A DNA stretch of 64,000 bases, from contig JBAYJM010000003.1 in the NCBI GenBank assembly GCA_041665065.1, positions 5,183 to 69,182 of the forward strand, given 5' to 3'. This DNA is from Candidatus Buchananbacteria bacterium (GTDB lineage Bacteria > Patescibacteriota > Patescibacteriia > 2-01-FULL-39-33). The notes below the pieces were generated by a model. It was not told where the DNA came from. It searched no databases and saw only the letters and a list, made by a program, of their open reading frames with translations. The translations under genes and the position numbers were made by a program. Positions 40,050 through 50,036 of this stretch are shown here, one piece after another. Position 1 is the first letter of the stretch; each line of letters begins with the position of its first letter.

Positions 40050-41354
40050 ATGAAAATATCGCAAAAAAGCAACTCCGGATTAATTATTATTTTAATATTA
40101 GCGCTCTTGCCTATTTTACTGTGGCTGATTTTCCCAGCGCCATTGCCACGCTTTAGCAGTTTAACAATTGGCCTATCAAATATCGGCCAGATATTTGGAC
40201 TGGTCGGCGCATCCCTTTTTGCCATTAACCTGATTCTTTCCGCCAGGTTTAAATCTTTAGAAAAAATTTTTAACGGATTAAACGGGGTTTATTTGCAACA
40301 TGACCAATTAGGACAAATTGCTTTGATGCTCCTTTTATTTCATCCACTGTTACTAATTCCAAAATATGCAAGCGGATCATTTGTAAATGCTGCCCTTTTT
40401 TTATTACCGAGTGCAAACATAGCAATAAATTTAGGAATCTACTCGCTAGCTTTGATGATTTTTTTAATTATTCTGACTCTTTACTTAAGGCCAAAATATA
40501 ATATTTGGAAATGGACGCATAAATTTTTGGGACTTGCTTTCTTTTTGGCTTCGATTCATATTTGGCTCATTCCAAGCGATATTTCTAGAAATATACCGCT
40601 TAGAACTTACATGCTAGGCTTGTCAATAATTGCAATACTTTGTTTCATTTACAAATCACTTTTGGGCAACATTTTTATTAAGAAATTTGAATATATTGTT
40701 ACTGAAATAAAATTATTAAATGATTCTACTGTAAAAATAACCATGAAATCCAACAGCAAACAGTTGACCTTTTCAGCGGGTCAATTTATTTTTGTCAGTT
40801 TTCAAAGTGAGATCAGTTCTGAAAGCCATCCTTTTACAATATCATCGAGTCCGGATGAAAAAGAATTAATTATTACTGCTAAAAATCTCGGCGATTACAC
40901 AAAAAAGTTAGCTAATCTCAAAATTGGCACTATAACAAAAATTGAAGGTCCATTCGGAGTTTTTTCTTATAAAAATTCCGGACACAAAAATCAAATCTGG
41001 ATTGCCGGAGGAATTGGAATCACGCCATTTTTAAGCATGATTAAAACCTTACAACAGAACGACAACCATAATATTGATTTGTATTATTGTACTAGAAATG
41101 AAAGTGAAATCATATATCCTGATTTTCTAAAAAACATCTCTTCAAGCTTGAATAACTCACTTAGAATTATTAACCACTATTCCGATAGCCAAGGATTTAT
41201 TAATGCTGATATTATCAAAAAAATGTCCGTGGATTTGATAGATAAAGATCTATTTATTTGCGCTCCACCGCCAATGATCAGATCACTGAAAAAACAATTT
41301 ATTGCCAAAGGCGTAAATAAAAAATTCATCTATTCCGAAGAATTTAATTTTTAA
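40050..41354 (+). CDS. Ferric reductase-like/NOX-type flavocytochrome
   Basis: Six TM with four His (LQH, LFH, WTH, SIH), HPFTISS (FAD), GGIGITPF and CAPPPM (NADPH), EEFNF end. Confidence 0.9.
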   Translation: MKISQKSNSGLIIILILALLPILLWLIFPAPLPRFSSLTIGLSNIGQIFGLVGASLFAINLILSARFKSLEKIFNGLNGVYLQHDQLGQIALMLLLFHPLLLIPKYASGSFVNAALFLLPSANIAINLGIYSLALMIFLIILTLYLRPKYNIWKWTHKFLGLAFFLASIHIWLIPSDISRNIPLRTYMLGLSIIAILCFIYKSLLGNIFIKKFEYIVTEIKLLNDSTVKITMKSNSKQLTFSAGQFIFVSFQSEISSESHPFTISSSPDEKELIITAKNLGDYTKKLANLKIGTITKIEGPFGVFSYKNSGHKNQIWIAGGIGITPFLSMIKTLQQNDNHNIDLYYCTRNESEIIYPDFLKNISSSLNNSLRIINHYSDSQGFINADIIKKMSVDLIDKDLFICAPPPMIRSLKKQFIAKGVNKKFIYSEEFNF

Positions 41355-41361
41355 ATATCTT

Positions 41362-41847
41362 ATGAAAAAAATAACTTTATTAGTTTTAGTATTTTTCGCC
41401 GGTGCTGTAGTGGCAATATATGGGCTTGGAATTATATTTGCAAACCAGAATTCAATATCTGCCACAAACACATTATCAGACCCCACGAATATAAATAATA
41501 AAACTCAACCAAATAATAATTCAACGAGCAGCCAGCCAGCAATCTCTAGTAATAATTCTAATAAACCGGTATCCAAAACAAAAATTAATCAGCCAACTAC
41601 TCCGCCGAAAAGCCAACCAGCGCTAAATGCTACAGAAATTTCTAAACACTCTTCGGCAAATGATTGCTATTTAATTGTAAAAAATAAAGTCTACAATGTT
41701 TCAAGCTACATAGGCTCCCACCCCGGAGGACGAAACAAAATAACTTCAAATTGCGGAACTGAAGTAACCGGCATATTCGCGCAAATCCATTCAAATTTTG
41801 CTTGGAATTTATTAAATAAATATTATATTGGTGATGTTATAAAATAA
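41362..41847 (+). CDS. Cytochrome b5-like heme-binding protein, membrane anchored
   Basis: KHSSANDCYL, KVYNV, HPGG, second His in QIHS. Confidence 0.9.
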   Translation: MKKITLLVLVFFAGAVVAIYGLGIIFANQNSISATNTLSDPTNINNKTQPNNNSTSSQPAISSNNSNKPVSKTKINQPTTPPKSQPALNATEISKHSSANDCYLIVKNKVYNVSSYIGSHPGGRNKITSNCGTEVTGIFAQIHSNFAWNLLNKYYIGDVIK

Positions 41848-41865
41848 ATTTAGCAATTCTTAATT

Positions 41866-42600
41866 TTACAAATATTTTAATCTAGTATTTTTATTAATCG
41901 CCGGGTTCTCTATTTTATACTCAGGATGAATTTTAGCCCATTTGGAAATATCAGTCCACTTAAGTCCATGAAACCCGAATTGCCCGTCCCAAGTGAAATG
42001 CAAACGATCCTCTGATTCAAAACTAAACTGCTTCGCCAACTTAACTGGCGCAAACTTTATCCCATTGTCTTCAAATAATTTACGATAATACACGCAGATA
42101 GCAACGTCTTCCGGATTATATCTTTCAATCGTGCCTTTTTTTATTAATTTTGAAGTTAGGGAGAGTAATTTTTTACTTCGCAAGCTGAATCCGCCATTAC
42201 CAACCACTAACTTGCTCATTAATTCCGGCGGAAAATCAAAATTTTTAACAGACCAATCAGCGACTAGCCAAGGCGCGCCAATATAATCGTATTTTAAAAA
42301 TTCATCTGTCCAGACTTTTGAATTAAGAATAAAACCATCATATTGGACTATCAATACATACTCAGTTTCAACGTATTTATCTAACTCTTCAAGAACAAAA
42401 CGAGAATATTTTTCCACTGAATTCAAAGGTTTGATTTTTACAACATTTTTCAATTTACTTGCCTTTAAAGATGTCAGCAATTTTACATTTGCAAACTCAA
42501 AATCTTTTTGACAAATTTCTATAGCCAAAGAGAGCCTTTGCGCATCAACGCAATCAATTCCCAGCAATGTGACTGTTTCTAATTTTCTTTTATGCTTCAT
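41866..42600 (-). CDS. DUF5672-like putative glycosyltransferase
   Basis: LIVQYDG, YDYIGAPW, VGNGGFSLRS, PED, FGFH. Confidence 0.8.
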   Translation of the reverse strand: MKHKRKLETVTLLGIDCVDAQRLSLAIEICQKDFEFANVKLLTSLKASKLKNVVKIKPLNSVEKYSRFVLEELDKYVETEYVLIVQYDGFILNSKVWTDEFLKYDYIGAPWLVADWSVKNFDFPPELMSKLVVGNGGFSLRSKKLLSLTSKLIKKGTIERYNPEDVAICVYYRKLFEDNGIKFAPVKLAKQFSFESEDRLHFTWDGQFGFHGLKWTDISKWAKIHPEYKIENPAINKNTRLKYL

Positions 42601-42645
42601 GTTTTTGGGACCTCTTAATAAATTATCCTAAGACCATTTAATATA

Positions 42646-42806
42646 TTAACTTAAAAATCTATAAGTAAGCCAAATTCCTAATATTCCGCTAATGGCTCCG
42701 CAAATTATGGAAATAAAGGAAAAAGTGTTTACTCCAAAAATAACCGGTGCGTATCCTCCGATAGTTGACCTATAATCATACCAAGTATTATCATTTTTTT
42801 ATCCAT
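42646..42806 (-). pseudogene. Small two-TM glycine-zipper protein with a 1-nt frameshift
   Basis: MDKKMIILGMIIG then, after a shift near 42768, STIGGYAPVIFGVNTFSFISIICGAISGILGIWLTYRFLS*. Confidence 0.65.
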
Positions 42807-42978
42807 ATTTTATATTATATATTTTTTATATCTTAAAAGCCATTAATTTTAAATATTAGAATAAATTCCCCTATTTTAAATATAAGGCTAAATAGCATTA
42901 ACAATAACAATATATTGACAAACGATAAATGATAGATTATTATAAATATAACTTTCAATTAATTAAGTAAAATAATTT

Positions 42979-43443
42979 ATGAAACAAAGTTCAACATTAT
43001 TTTTAAAAGGCGTTATTGTTCTTCTTGGGATTATAATTCTTGGTTTGTGCGTTTTTTTGCTACCATTAGGAATTTTATCAGACAAGACAGGATACTATCG
43101 TCCTCTCTTAATGGGTTTGTATATTCCGGCTATTCCATTTTTTATGGCACTATACCAATCTCTAAAGTTATTAAACTCCATTGATAAAAAGAAGGCATTC
43201 TCAGAATCATCAACTAAAGCTTTAGGCAAAATAAAATATTGCGCAATCATTATTAGCATATTATTTGCTGTAGGCATGCCATACATTTTTTACGTTGGGG
43301 ATAGAGATGATGCGCCCGGTGTCGTAGCAATTGGGTTTGTTATTATTTTTGCTTCAATTGTAATAGCCACTTTTGCTGCTGTGCTGCAAAAACTTTTACA
43401 AGAAGTTCTGGAAATAAAAGCAGAAAACGACTTAACTGTATAA
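42979..43443 (+). CDS. DUF2975 (YoaS-like) membrane protein
   Basis: STLFLK, AFSESS, DDAPG, KAENDLTV. Confidence 0.9.
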   Translation: MKQSSTLFLKGVIVLLGIIILGLCVFLLPLGILSDKTGYYRPLLMGLYIPAIPFFMALYQSLKLLNSIDKKKAFSESSTKALGKIKYCAIIISILFAVGMPYIFYVGDRDDAPGVVAIGFVIIFASIVIATFAAVLQKLLQEVLEIKAENDLTV

Positions 43444-43453
43444 AAATAAAAAT

Positions 43454-43666
43454 ATGGCAATTATAATAAATATAGATGTGATGCTTGCTAAAAGAAAAAT
43501 GAGCGTCACTGAACTTACAGAAAAAGTTGGAATAACGATGGCTAATATTTCAATTTTAAAAAATGGAAAAGCAAGAGCAATTCGACTATCAACACTAGAA
43601 GCGATTTGCAGGGCTTTGGATTGCCAGCCTGGAGATATTATTGAATACAAGAAAGGGAAAAATTAA
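43454..43666 (+). CDS. XRE/Cro HTH regulator, YozG-like
   Basis: MAIIINIDVMLAKRKMS, CQPGDIIEY; usual partner of DUF2975. Confidence 0.92.
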   Translation: MAIIINIDVMLAKRKMSVTELTEKVGITMANISILKNGKARAIRLSTLEAICRALDCQPGDIIEYKKGKN

Positions 43667-43686
43667 ATTAAATATATATTATATGA

Positions 43687-44001
43687 AATGCAAAAAAACA
43701 ACCGCCAGGCAAAGAAGCATATATTCGTGAGGAAGATTTAACTGATCAACTAATCAAACTGATTGATAAAATAGATATTGATCAATTAAAAACTCAAAAA
43801 AGAATTAAAGAAGAAATGGATAGATATCAAAAATTTACCAAAAATATTTTAGGAATGAATAGCAAATTTAAGATGCCAGAGATTGATATGAAAGATTATG
43901 CCAGATATGTATTGTCTGATGGGACAAGAGAGGAGAAAAGAGAGTTACTTAATTGTCTGGATACACAATTACAATTAAAAGAGCAAAAAATTTATGTATA
44001 A
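43687..44001 (+). pseudogene. C-terminal remnant of a large serine recombinase
   Basis: Open frame without a good start: KEAYIREEDLTDQL...EMDRYQKF...DMKDYARYVLSDGTREEKRELLNCL; resembles the tail after the zinc ribbon in CPR recombinases (recalled, not searched). Confidence 0.6.
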
Positions 44002-44059
44002 TTATTTCCACAAACAAAAAATTAAATATTTTTAGAAATATTACCTTTAGAAATTATAA

Positions 44060-46417
44060 TTATGCAATATCGACTACCACTTCTCCTATGGATACTCCCC
44101 AAACTTCCATTATAAACTTATCAATATCTGCCCGCTCTACTACTTGGTACATCATTGCTTCAGCATCATTTCTAATACGTAAGGTGCCGTTCATTCTCTC
44201 TCTTTCATAATCTGATTTCCATTTCGATAATTCACGAAAAAGTTGGTCGTGATGAGGCAATCCCATTATATTGTGGTTGCGAGGGTCAAAGTCAGCAGGC
44301 AAACCAGGCGGCAGATTAGTGAGATGTTTGGTGAAATAATTTACTTCAAACTCTTTAATTTTTACTTTAAAGTTAGCAACTATATCAGTCCACCCTTTTT
44401 TCAGTGCGAGAATACCAAGATAGCACGCTTTCTCTAATACTCTTGGCTGGTCATATCCATACCCGCTTGTCGTCTTTTCAAGCGTGTGTTTAGTAAGTCC
44501 GTAAAGTGCATCAATACAGTCCTGCACCAATTTTTTATCTTCCAATCTCACGGCTACTAATATGCCAGTTTTTGCGACGCTATCAGTTAGTGTATTAAAT
44601 TGATTTGAGCTGCCGTCAAATTTATCGGCGTGATGAGCAAACCAGCTTGGCAGATGTATATTCCAATCAAGGCGCGTTTTAAGTTCCTTAACATTATCTT
44701 TGAACTCATTATTTTGTATTAAATCAACTATAAGATTATTGATATTAAAAAGAAGTCGCCCAATGCTGTCGGTAAGAATCGTATCACAACTTTTCACTTG
44801 TTCAGATAGGGTTCGTAAACTCATATTTACTTCGCGAAATAACTGAATTAGGTCGGCTTGATACCTTTCTTTTTCTCTCGTTTCAATAATTCGTGCATAT
44901 TGGTTCATTATTATATTGAGAACCTGATAGAACTCATCATACCCCTTACTCCAACTGAACTGAGTGGTTATGTCGTTTGACAATAACCCAGCATTAACAA
45001 ATGTATTGATATAATTGGAAATAATAGCAACATTTTTCAAAGCATCATTAAAATGAGTACGCCTGTCCATAAGAGAGTTTGTAAATACAGACCCTATAAC
45101 ACGAAGAAAGGTCATTGAACACTGATCTACAATAATAAGTTGTTTTTTTGAAAGTCCATAGATAGCAATTTCCATTATCTTTTCTAATAACCCGTGCATT
45201 GTTAGCGAAAGACCTTTTTCGGATGCTATAGTCACTGTATCACCCAATACTTGAAGACCCTGAAAAACTACCTCAATATTTTCTGCCCTCTTACCACTTT
45301 CAATAAAAAAGTTTAAATTACTAACGAGTAAATCTAATATAGGATTTTCATTCCGTTGGCTAACAAATTGGATTTCTTGCGCTTTTTTAATAAGAGCACG
45401 GTATACATCAATCACATAGGTTGCAAGCTCATCCTTTCCTTCTTTAATAAACTTTTCTCCCGCTTTATTTAATCTTTCACAGTTATGATATAAAAAACTT
45501 TGACTATCGCTTTCTACGGCAAGAAACACTACTCCAGATGGTAAAATAAGCGATGATGTTTTTCGAGCTTCAAAAAATTGAGAAATTATTTTATAAACCG
45601 CAGTAAATCCTCGCTTTGTTGTGCCGACTTCTTGTTTGTCTCCTAACTTCATTGCTATCTCAACCAGATTTTCCAGTTGCCTGTCAAGATTGACGATAAA
45701 AGGTTGAAGCACTCGATTGTACGCGGCCGCAAGAGCAATTCCCTCTGTAACATTATTGTCTTTGGCTCGCATAATGCCAGCAATTTGTTTAGCGTCATAT
45801 TGAACTCGTTTTAAAAAATGCAAACCCTCACTTTCTAAAAAAATTATTGCATTTGAAGGGTTTAGTTTTCTTCGCACATTTTTATATTGCCAATCAATAA
45901 GGGCAAAAACGAGTCCGATTATAACAAGGGAATAAAATACGATATTAGAAGAAATATTTTCTGAAACGCTTGATAGACTACCAACATATAACCCACTTCC
46001 AAATAATGCAATAGTAATAATAATTACAAGATAATAAACAAATTTTTCTCTCCAATCATGCACATATATTTCGAAGTATTGGGATGAGTAGAGGTCGGAT
46101 GCGTTTTGAAGTAAAAAAATTGAAATAGTAAAAACGATAGCAATTGTTCCTCCTGCCATAGCGCCTGCTGCTACAAGATAATTACTTAATATGTCTTGAG
46201 TGAAAGCTGCACCACCGAATCTATGCACAAAATAACCCATAACGATCGTAACCAAAATAAAAGATGCCTGTCTAATTAAATCAAAATGTTTTTTAAGAAA
46301 AGCGACAAATCTCCTCCATCTATTAATGTATAACCAAAAAAACATCCGATAATCATATTGGGCATATTGGATTCCTTTTTTTATTTGTATGTTTAATTTA
46401 GCTAATAATTCTTTCAT
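44060..46417 (-). CDS. 785-aa membrane protein, DUF2254-like N-terminus plus long helical domain
   Basis: Four N-terminal TM helices with AIVFTISIFLLQNASDLYSS; helical remainder. Confidence 0.7.
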   Translation of the reverse strand: MKELLAKLNIQIKKGIQYAQYDYRMFFWLYINRWRRFVAFLKKHFDLIRQASFILVTIVMGYFVHRFGGAAFTQDILSNYLVAAGAMAGGTIAIVFTISIFLLQNASDLYSSQYFEIYVHDWREKFVYYLVIIITIALFGSGLYVGSLSSVSENISSNIVFYSLVIIGLVFALIDWQYKNVRRKLNPSNAIIFLESEGLHFLKRVQYDAKQIAGIMRAKDNNVTEGIALAAAYNRVLQPFIVNLDRQLENLVEIAMKLGDKQEVGTTKRGFTAVYKIISQFFEARKTSSLILPSGVVFLAVESDSQSFLYHNCERLNKAGEKFIKEGKDELATYVIDVYRALIKKAQEIQFVSQRNENPILDLLVSNLNFFIESGKRAENIEVVFQGLQVLGDTVTIASEKGLSLTMHGLLEKIMEIAIYGLSKKQLIIVDQCSMTFLRVIGSVFTNSLMDRRTHFNDALKNVAIISNYINTFVNAGLLSNDITTQFSWSKGYDEFYQVLNIIMNQYARIIETREKERYQADLIQLFREVNMSLRTLSEQVKSCDTILTDSIGRLLFNINNLIVDLIQNNEFKDNVKELKTRLDWNIHLPSWFAHHADKFDGSSNQFNTLTDSVAKTGILVAVRLEDKKLVQDCIDALYGLTKHTLEKTTSGYGYDQPRVLEKACYLGILALKKGWTDIVANFKVKIKEFEVNYFTKHLTNLPPGLPADFDPRNHNIMGLPHHDQLFRELSKWKSDYERERMNGTLRIRNDAEAMMYQVVERADIDKFIMEVWGVSIGEVVVDIA

Positions 46418-46533
46418 TCAAAATAAACTTCTTAATTTTTTTCCTATCTCATTTTTTCATGATGGCTAATTTTTTATAATATTAACACCTTACTCCAGAA
46501 AAGTAAATTTAGCCGATTGTCGGTCTAGAACCA

Positions 46534-46568
46534 AAACGACCGGCTTCCATACAGGAAGTCGGTCGTTT
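46534..46568 (-). terminator. Terminator after tRNA-Asn
   Basis: AAACGACCGGCTTCC / GGAAGTCGGTCGTTT hairpin. Confidence 0.75.
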
Positions 46569-46582
46569 AGAAAATATCGTCT

Positions 46583-46657
46583 TGGCTCAGCGAACAGGAC
46601 TCGAACCTGTAACCTACCGGTTAACAGCCGGTTGCTCTACCATTGAGCTATCGCTGA
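46583..46657 (-). tRNA. tRNA-Asn(GTT), CCA encoded
   Basis: Acceptor TCAGCGA/TCGCTGA, discriminator G, anticodon arm ACCGG-CTGTTAA-CCGGT, GGTTCGAGTCC. Confidence 0.96.
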
Positions 46658-46746
46658 ATATTTTAATAAAAAAGAACCTACTCGATTCAGTGGTAATATT
46701 ATCAAATTAGCCCACTATTGTCAATTTGGAGATAGATCCTGAATCA

Positions 46747-46769
46747 AGCCTGCCTGCCGGTAGGCGGGG
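46747..46769. repeat. REP-like palindromic element, copy 2
   Basis: AGCCTGCCTGCCGGTAGGCGGGG, matches 12873-12896. Confidence 0.7.
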
Positions 46770-46784
46770 AAATAATACCATCTT

Positions 46785-48053
46785 TTAAAAATCTCTTAAC
46801 TTTTCAACACCCTTTATTTTCTCTATTTTTTCTAAAGCCTTTGCCTCAATCTGCCTGATACGTTCACGAGTAACATCAAATTCCTGTCCTACTTCTTCAA
46901 GCGTATGAGCAACGCCATCTTTAAGGCCAAATCGCATTTCCAAAACTTTTTGTTCGCGAGGCGTCAATTCAGAAATTACTTGAGAAACATAATCGCGCAA
47001 AATCTGAAGCGCGGCAACTCTATCCGGAGTTATTGTTTTTTGATCTTCGATAAAATCTTCCAAAATACTATCCTCACTGTCATCGCCAACCGGAGTTCCA
47101 AGCGAGATAGTTTCTTGAGAAATTTTTATAATATGATTAACCTTATCAATATCCTCTCCCATTTCTGCTGCAATTTCTTCAGGCATTGGTTCACGACCCA
47201 AGTCCTGCACCAAGCGCCTTTCAATCTGCTGGAATTTATTGATATTTTCAACCATATGAACAGGAATACGGATTGTCCTGGATTGATCAGCCAAAGATCT
47301 TGTAATCGCCTGCCTTATCCACCAAGTCGCATAGGTTGAAAATTTATAACCACGATGATAATCAAATTTGTCCGCACCTCTAAACAATCCAATATTGCCC
47401 TCCTGAATTAAATCTAAGAGCGACATATTCTTCCCGGTAAATTTCTTGGCGATAGAAACAACAAGCCTTAAATTGGACTTGATTAATTTTTGCCTAGCTT
47501 CAATATCACCTCTTTCAATTCTTTTAGCTAAGGAAATTTCCTCTTCTGTCGTAAGCAATGGCACCTTGCCAATCTCCCTTAAATACATCTGGATTGAATC
47601 AGCTGAGATATCTGTTAAGTCCATATCCGGAAGAACTTTTGATTTTGCCCCTTTTTTCTGTGGCACCACTTCCACCGCTTTTGAAAGAAGGAATCCTTTT
47701 TGCTCCTCAACTCTTATGTTGGCATGATCCATTTCTTCTAAAAATTCTTCATACCTATCAACATACTCTTCCAAATCCGGAAAAGCCATCAGTATTTCCT
47801 GCTCAATAACAAAACCGCGCATCCTGCCTTTTTTGATCAATGACTGTATTGACTCTTCACTTACTTCAAATTGTGTTTTGAGGAATCGACTAACCTTGGC
47901 TTTTGGCTTTATTGGCGCTTTTGGCTTTTTGTCATTTTTAACTTTTTTAACAGCTAAAGCTTTTGGAATCTTTTTTGCCTTAAAGCTGGCTTTCTTTTTA
48001 ACCACAAAGTGCTTCTTCCCCTTTTTAGGTGTTGCTTTTTTTTCTTTTGGCAT
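46785..48053 (-). CDS. rpoD: Primary sigma factor RpoD with Lys-rich N-terminal extension
   Basis: [52 protein letters not shown]. Confidence 0.96.
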   Translation of the reverse strand: MPKEKKATPKKGKKHFVVKKKASFKAKKIPKALAVKKVKNDKKPKAPIKPKAKVSRFLKTQFEVSEESIQSLIKKGRMRGFVIEQEILMAFPDLEEYVDRYEEFLEEMDHANIRVEEQKGFLLSKAVEVVPQKKGAKSKVLPDMDLTDISADSIQMYLREIGKVPLLTTEEEISLAKRIERGDIEARQKLIKSNLRLVVSIAKKFTGKNMSLLDLIQEGNIGLFRGADKFDYHRGYKFSTYATWWIRQAITRSLADQSRTIRIPVHMVENINKFQQIERRLVQDLGREPMPEEIAAEMGEDIDKVNHIIKISQETISLGTPVGDDSEDSILEDFIEDQKTITPDRVAALQILRDYVSQVISELTPREQKVLEMRFGLKDGVAHTLEEVGQEFDVTRERIRQIEAKALEKIEKIKGVEKLRDF

Positions 48054-48180
48054 CGAAAAAATGATTACAAAATTATTCTATAATTTTGACTCGTGAAGAC
48101 TAAAAAACGATCTTACCAAAATTATTAATAATATTTTGATAAAAATACAGACCAAGATTCACTTCTTCACAAAAATTGAT

Positions 48181-50022
48181 TTAATTGAGTAGCGCTCTGC
48201 GCCTGATATATTCATTAAGTTCTGAATATATGCTTTCAAGTTTTTGGCGGTCGGATTTTTGCTCCGCCTCTTCCAATTGCGCTTTAAGCGCAGTTATTTT
48301 GGAATTTATGTAATCCGCTTTTAATATATTTATAAAATTTGCCAATTCTTCCCTAATTTCCTTATCACTCAGCCTTGATGACTCATTTTGCGACAATAAA
48401 AATGACTCTTCCAAAAATACCTTAAATTCATAATCAGGGCCTTGATCGTCCAACAACCCATTTAAAGAGTCAAATAGGTCAAAAGTGGTGCCCTGATCGC
48501 TAGCACTATTAAACGAATCGATGTTTTTAGTATAGTACATTATGAATTTTTTGTAAAGAATATCCAACTCACCCTGGAACATATCCGTTGGTAATTCGTC
48601 TATTAATTTTTGGGCAAAATTAGGAAAAATAAATAGGATAGAAAAAATTCTTTGTAAAATAAGATAATTTTTCTCTTTTTTATTCTCCCTCTTAACTATT
48701 AGATTACTATTAACCGTATTTATGACCCTATTATTTTGTTTTATTTTCCCTTTTGGAAATGATTCCCACAATACCTTTTCTGAAACAGAAATTTTATCCG
48801 AAAGTTTTTTAAGCCAAAATTCCTGATCTATTTTATTTGGCAAGCCTATAATTTTTGCCAAATAGTACTTGGCAACATTTTTTTTGTTTTCCGGCAGAGA
48901 TAAATCATTGTCACTGATTGCTCTGTCTAAAAAATATTGCATGATAGGTTTGGCTTCCTCAATCGCCCTTTTCCAGTCTTGAGGATTATTGGTTGCGCAC
49001 TCGCCAGGATCCTTGCCGTAGGGTAAAGTGATAACACTGACATTCATTTCATTTTGCAGTGCTAAATCAGCGCTTCTCTCGGCTGCGTTTTGGCCAGCCA
49101 AATCCATGTCCAAAGCAAGAGCCAAATTTGTAGTAAACCTTTTGATTAAAACTATCTGCTCCTGGGTTAACGCCGTACCGGATATTGATGCGACATTTTT
49201 TATTCCTGCTTGATGTGAAGGAATCACATCCATATAACCTTCAACCAAAATGCATAAATTATTTTTTTTAATATAATTTTTTGCCAGGTTCAATCCAAAT
49301 AAAACCGCGCTTTTATTATATGTTTCGCTTTGGGGGCTATTAATGTATTTAGCCTGTTCTTCCTTGTTTAAAGTTCTACCGCCGAAGCCGACAATTCTAC
49401 CGTGAATATCTGAAATAGGAAACATTATTCTACCCCTGAACCTATCATAAAATCCAGACGCGCCATTTCTTTTGACGGTTAAGCCTGCGGAAAACAATTC
49501 TCGATCGCTGAAATTCTTTTTTTTCAAAAAATTGATTAAATTATCCCATTGATCAATTGAATAGCCAATTTTAAAATCTATAATTGACTCCTCAGTTATT
49601 TTTCTATCAATTAAATAATCTTTGGCGGCTTTGGCCTGAGTGGAATCAAGCAAAATTTTATGCCAGTAACGTGCGGTTAAGTCTAAAATTTTAAGCATTA
49701 TATCATTTTGAGAATCTTTTTTTATGTCGCTAGGCTGATAATCAGGCAAAACGACGCCCGTTCTTTTGGCCAAAAGCTTCAATGCTTCACCGAATTCTAT
49801 ACCCTCTACCTTCATAAAAAAACTAAAAAGATCCCCGCCCTCGCCACAGCCAAAACAACGCCAAATCTGTTTTGACTGATTAACCATAAATGACGAAGTT
49901 TTTTCATTATGAAAAGGACAAAGGCCTTTGTGATTGGCCCCTGCCGGATTTAATTTGACATACTCACCAACCAAATCAACAATGTCAATTCTGGATTTTA
50001 TTTCATCAACTTCTCGACTCAT
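48181..50022 (-). CDS. dnaG: DNA primase
   Basis: CPFHNEKT zinc finger, DRFRGRIMFP, KYINSP, VEGYMD; start moved to ATG at 50022. Confidence 0.96.
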   Translation of the reverse strand: MSREVDEIKSRIDIVDLVGEYVKLNPAGANHKGLCPFHNEKTSSFMVNQSKQIWRCFGCGEGGDLFSFFMKVEGIEFGEALKLLAKRTGVVLPDYQPSDIKKDSQNDIMLKILDLTARYWHKILLDSTQAKAAKDYLIDRKITEESIIDFKIGYSIDQWDNLINFLKKKNFSDRELFSAGLTVKRNGASGFYDRFRGRIMFPISDIHGRIVGFGGRTLNKEEQAKYINSPQSETYNKSAVLFGLNLAKNYIKKNNLCILVEGYMDVIPSHQAGIKNVASISGTALTQEQIVLIKRFTTNLALALDMDLAGQNAAERSADLALQNEMNVSVITLPYGKDPGECATNNPQDWKRAIEEAKPIMQYFLDRAISDNDLSLPENKKNVAKYYLAKIIGLPNKIDQEFWLKKLSDKISVSEKVLWESFPKGKIKQNNRVINTVNSNLIVKRENKKEKNYLILQRIFSILFIFPNFAQKLIDELPTDMFQGELDILYKKFIMYYTKNIDSFNSASDQGTTFDLFDSLNGLLDDQGPDYEFKVFLEESFLLSQNESSRLSDKEIREELANFINILKADYINSKITALKAQLEEAEQKSDRQKLESIYSELNEYIRRRALLN

Positions 50023-50036
50023 ACCTGATTCAATTT

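Noticed and set aside
46905-48096. Several plus-strand ORFs over rpoD
   Set aside because: Antisense shadows of a highly conserved gene
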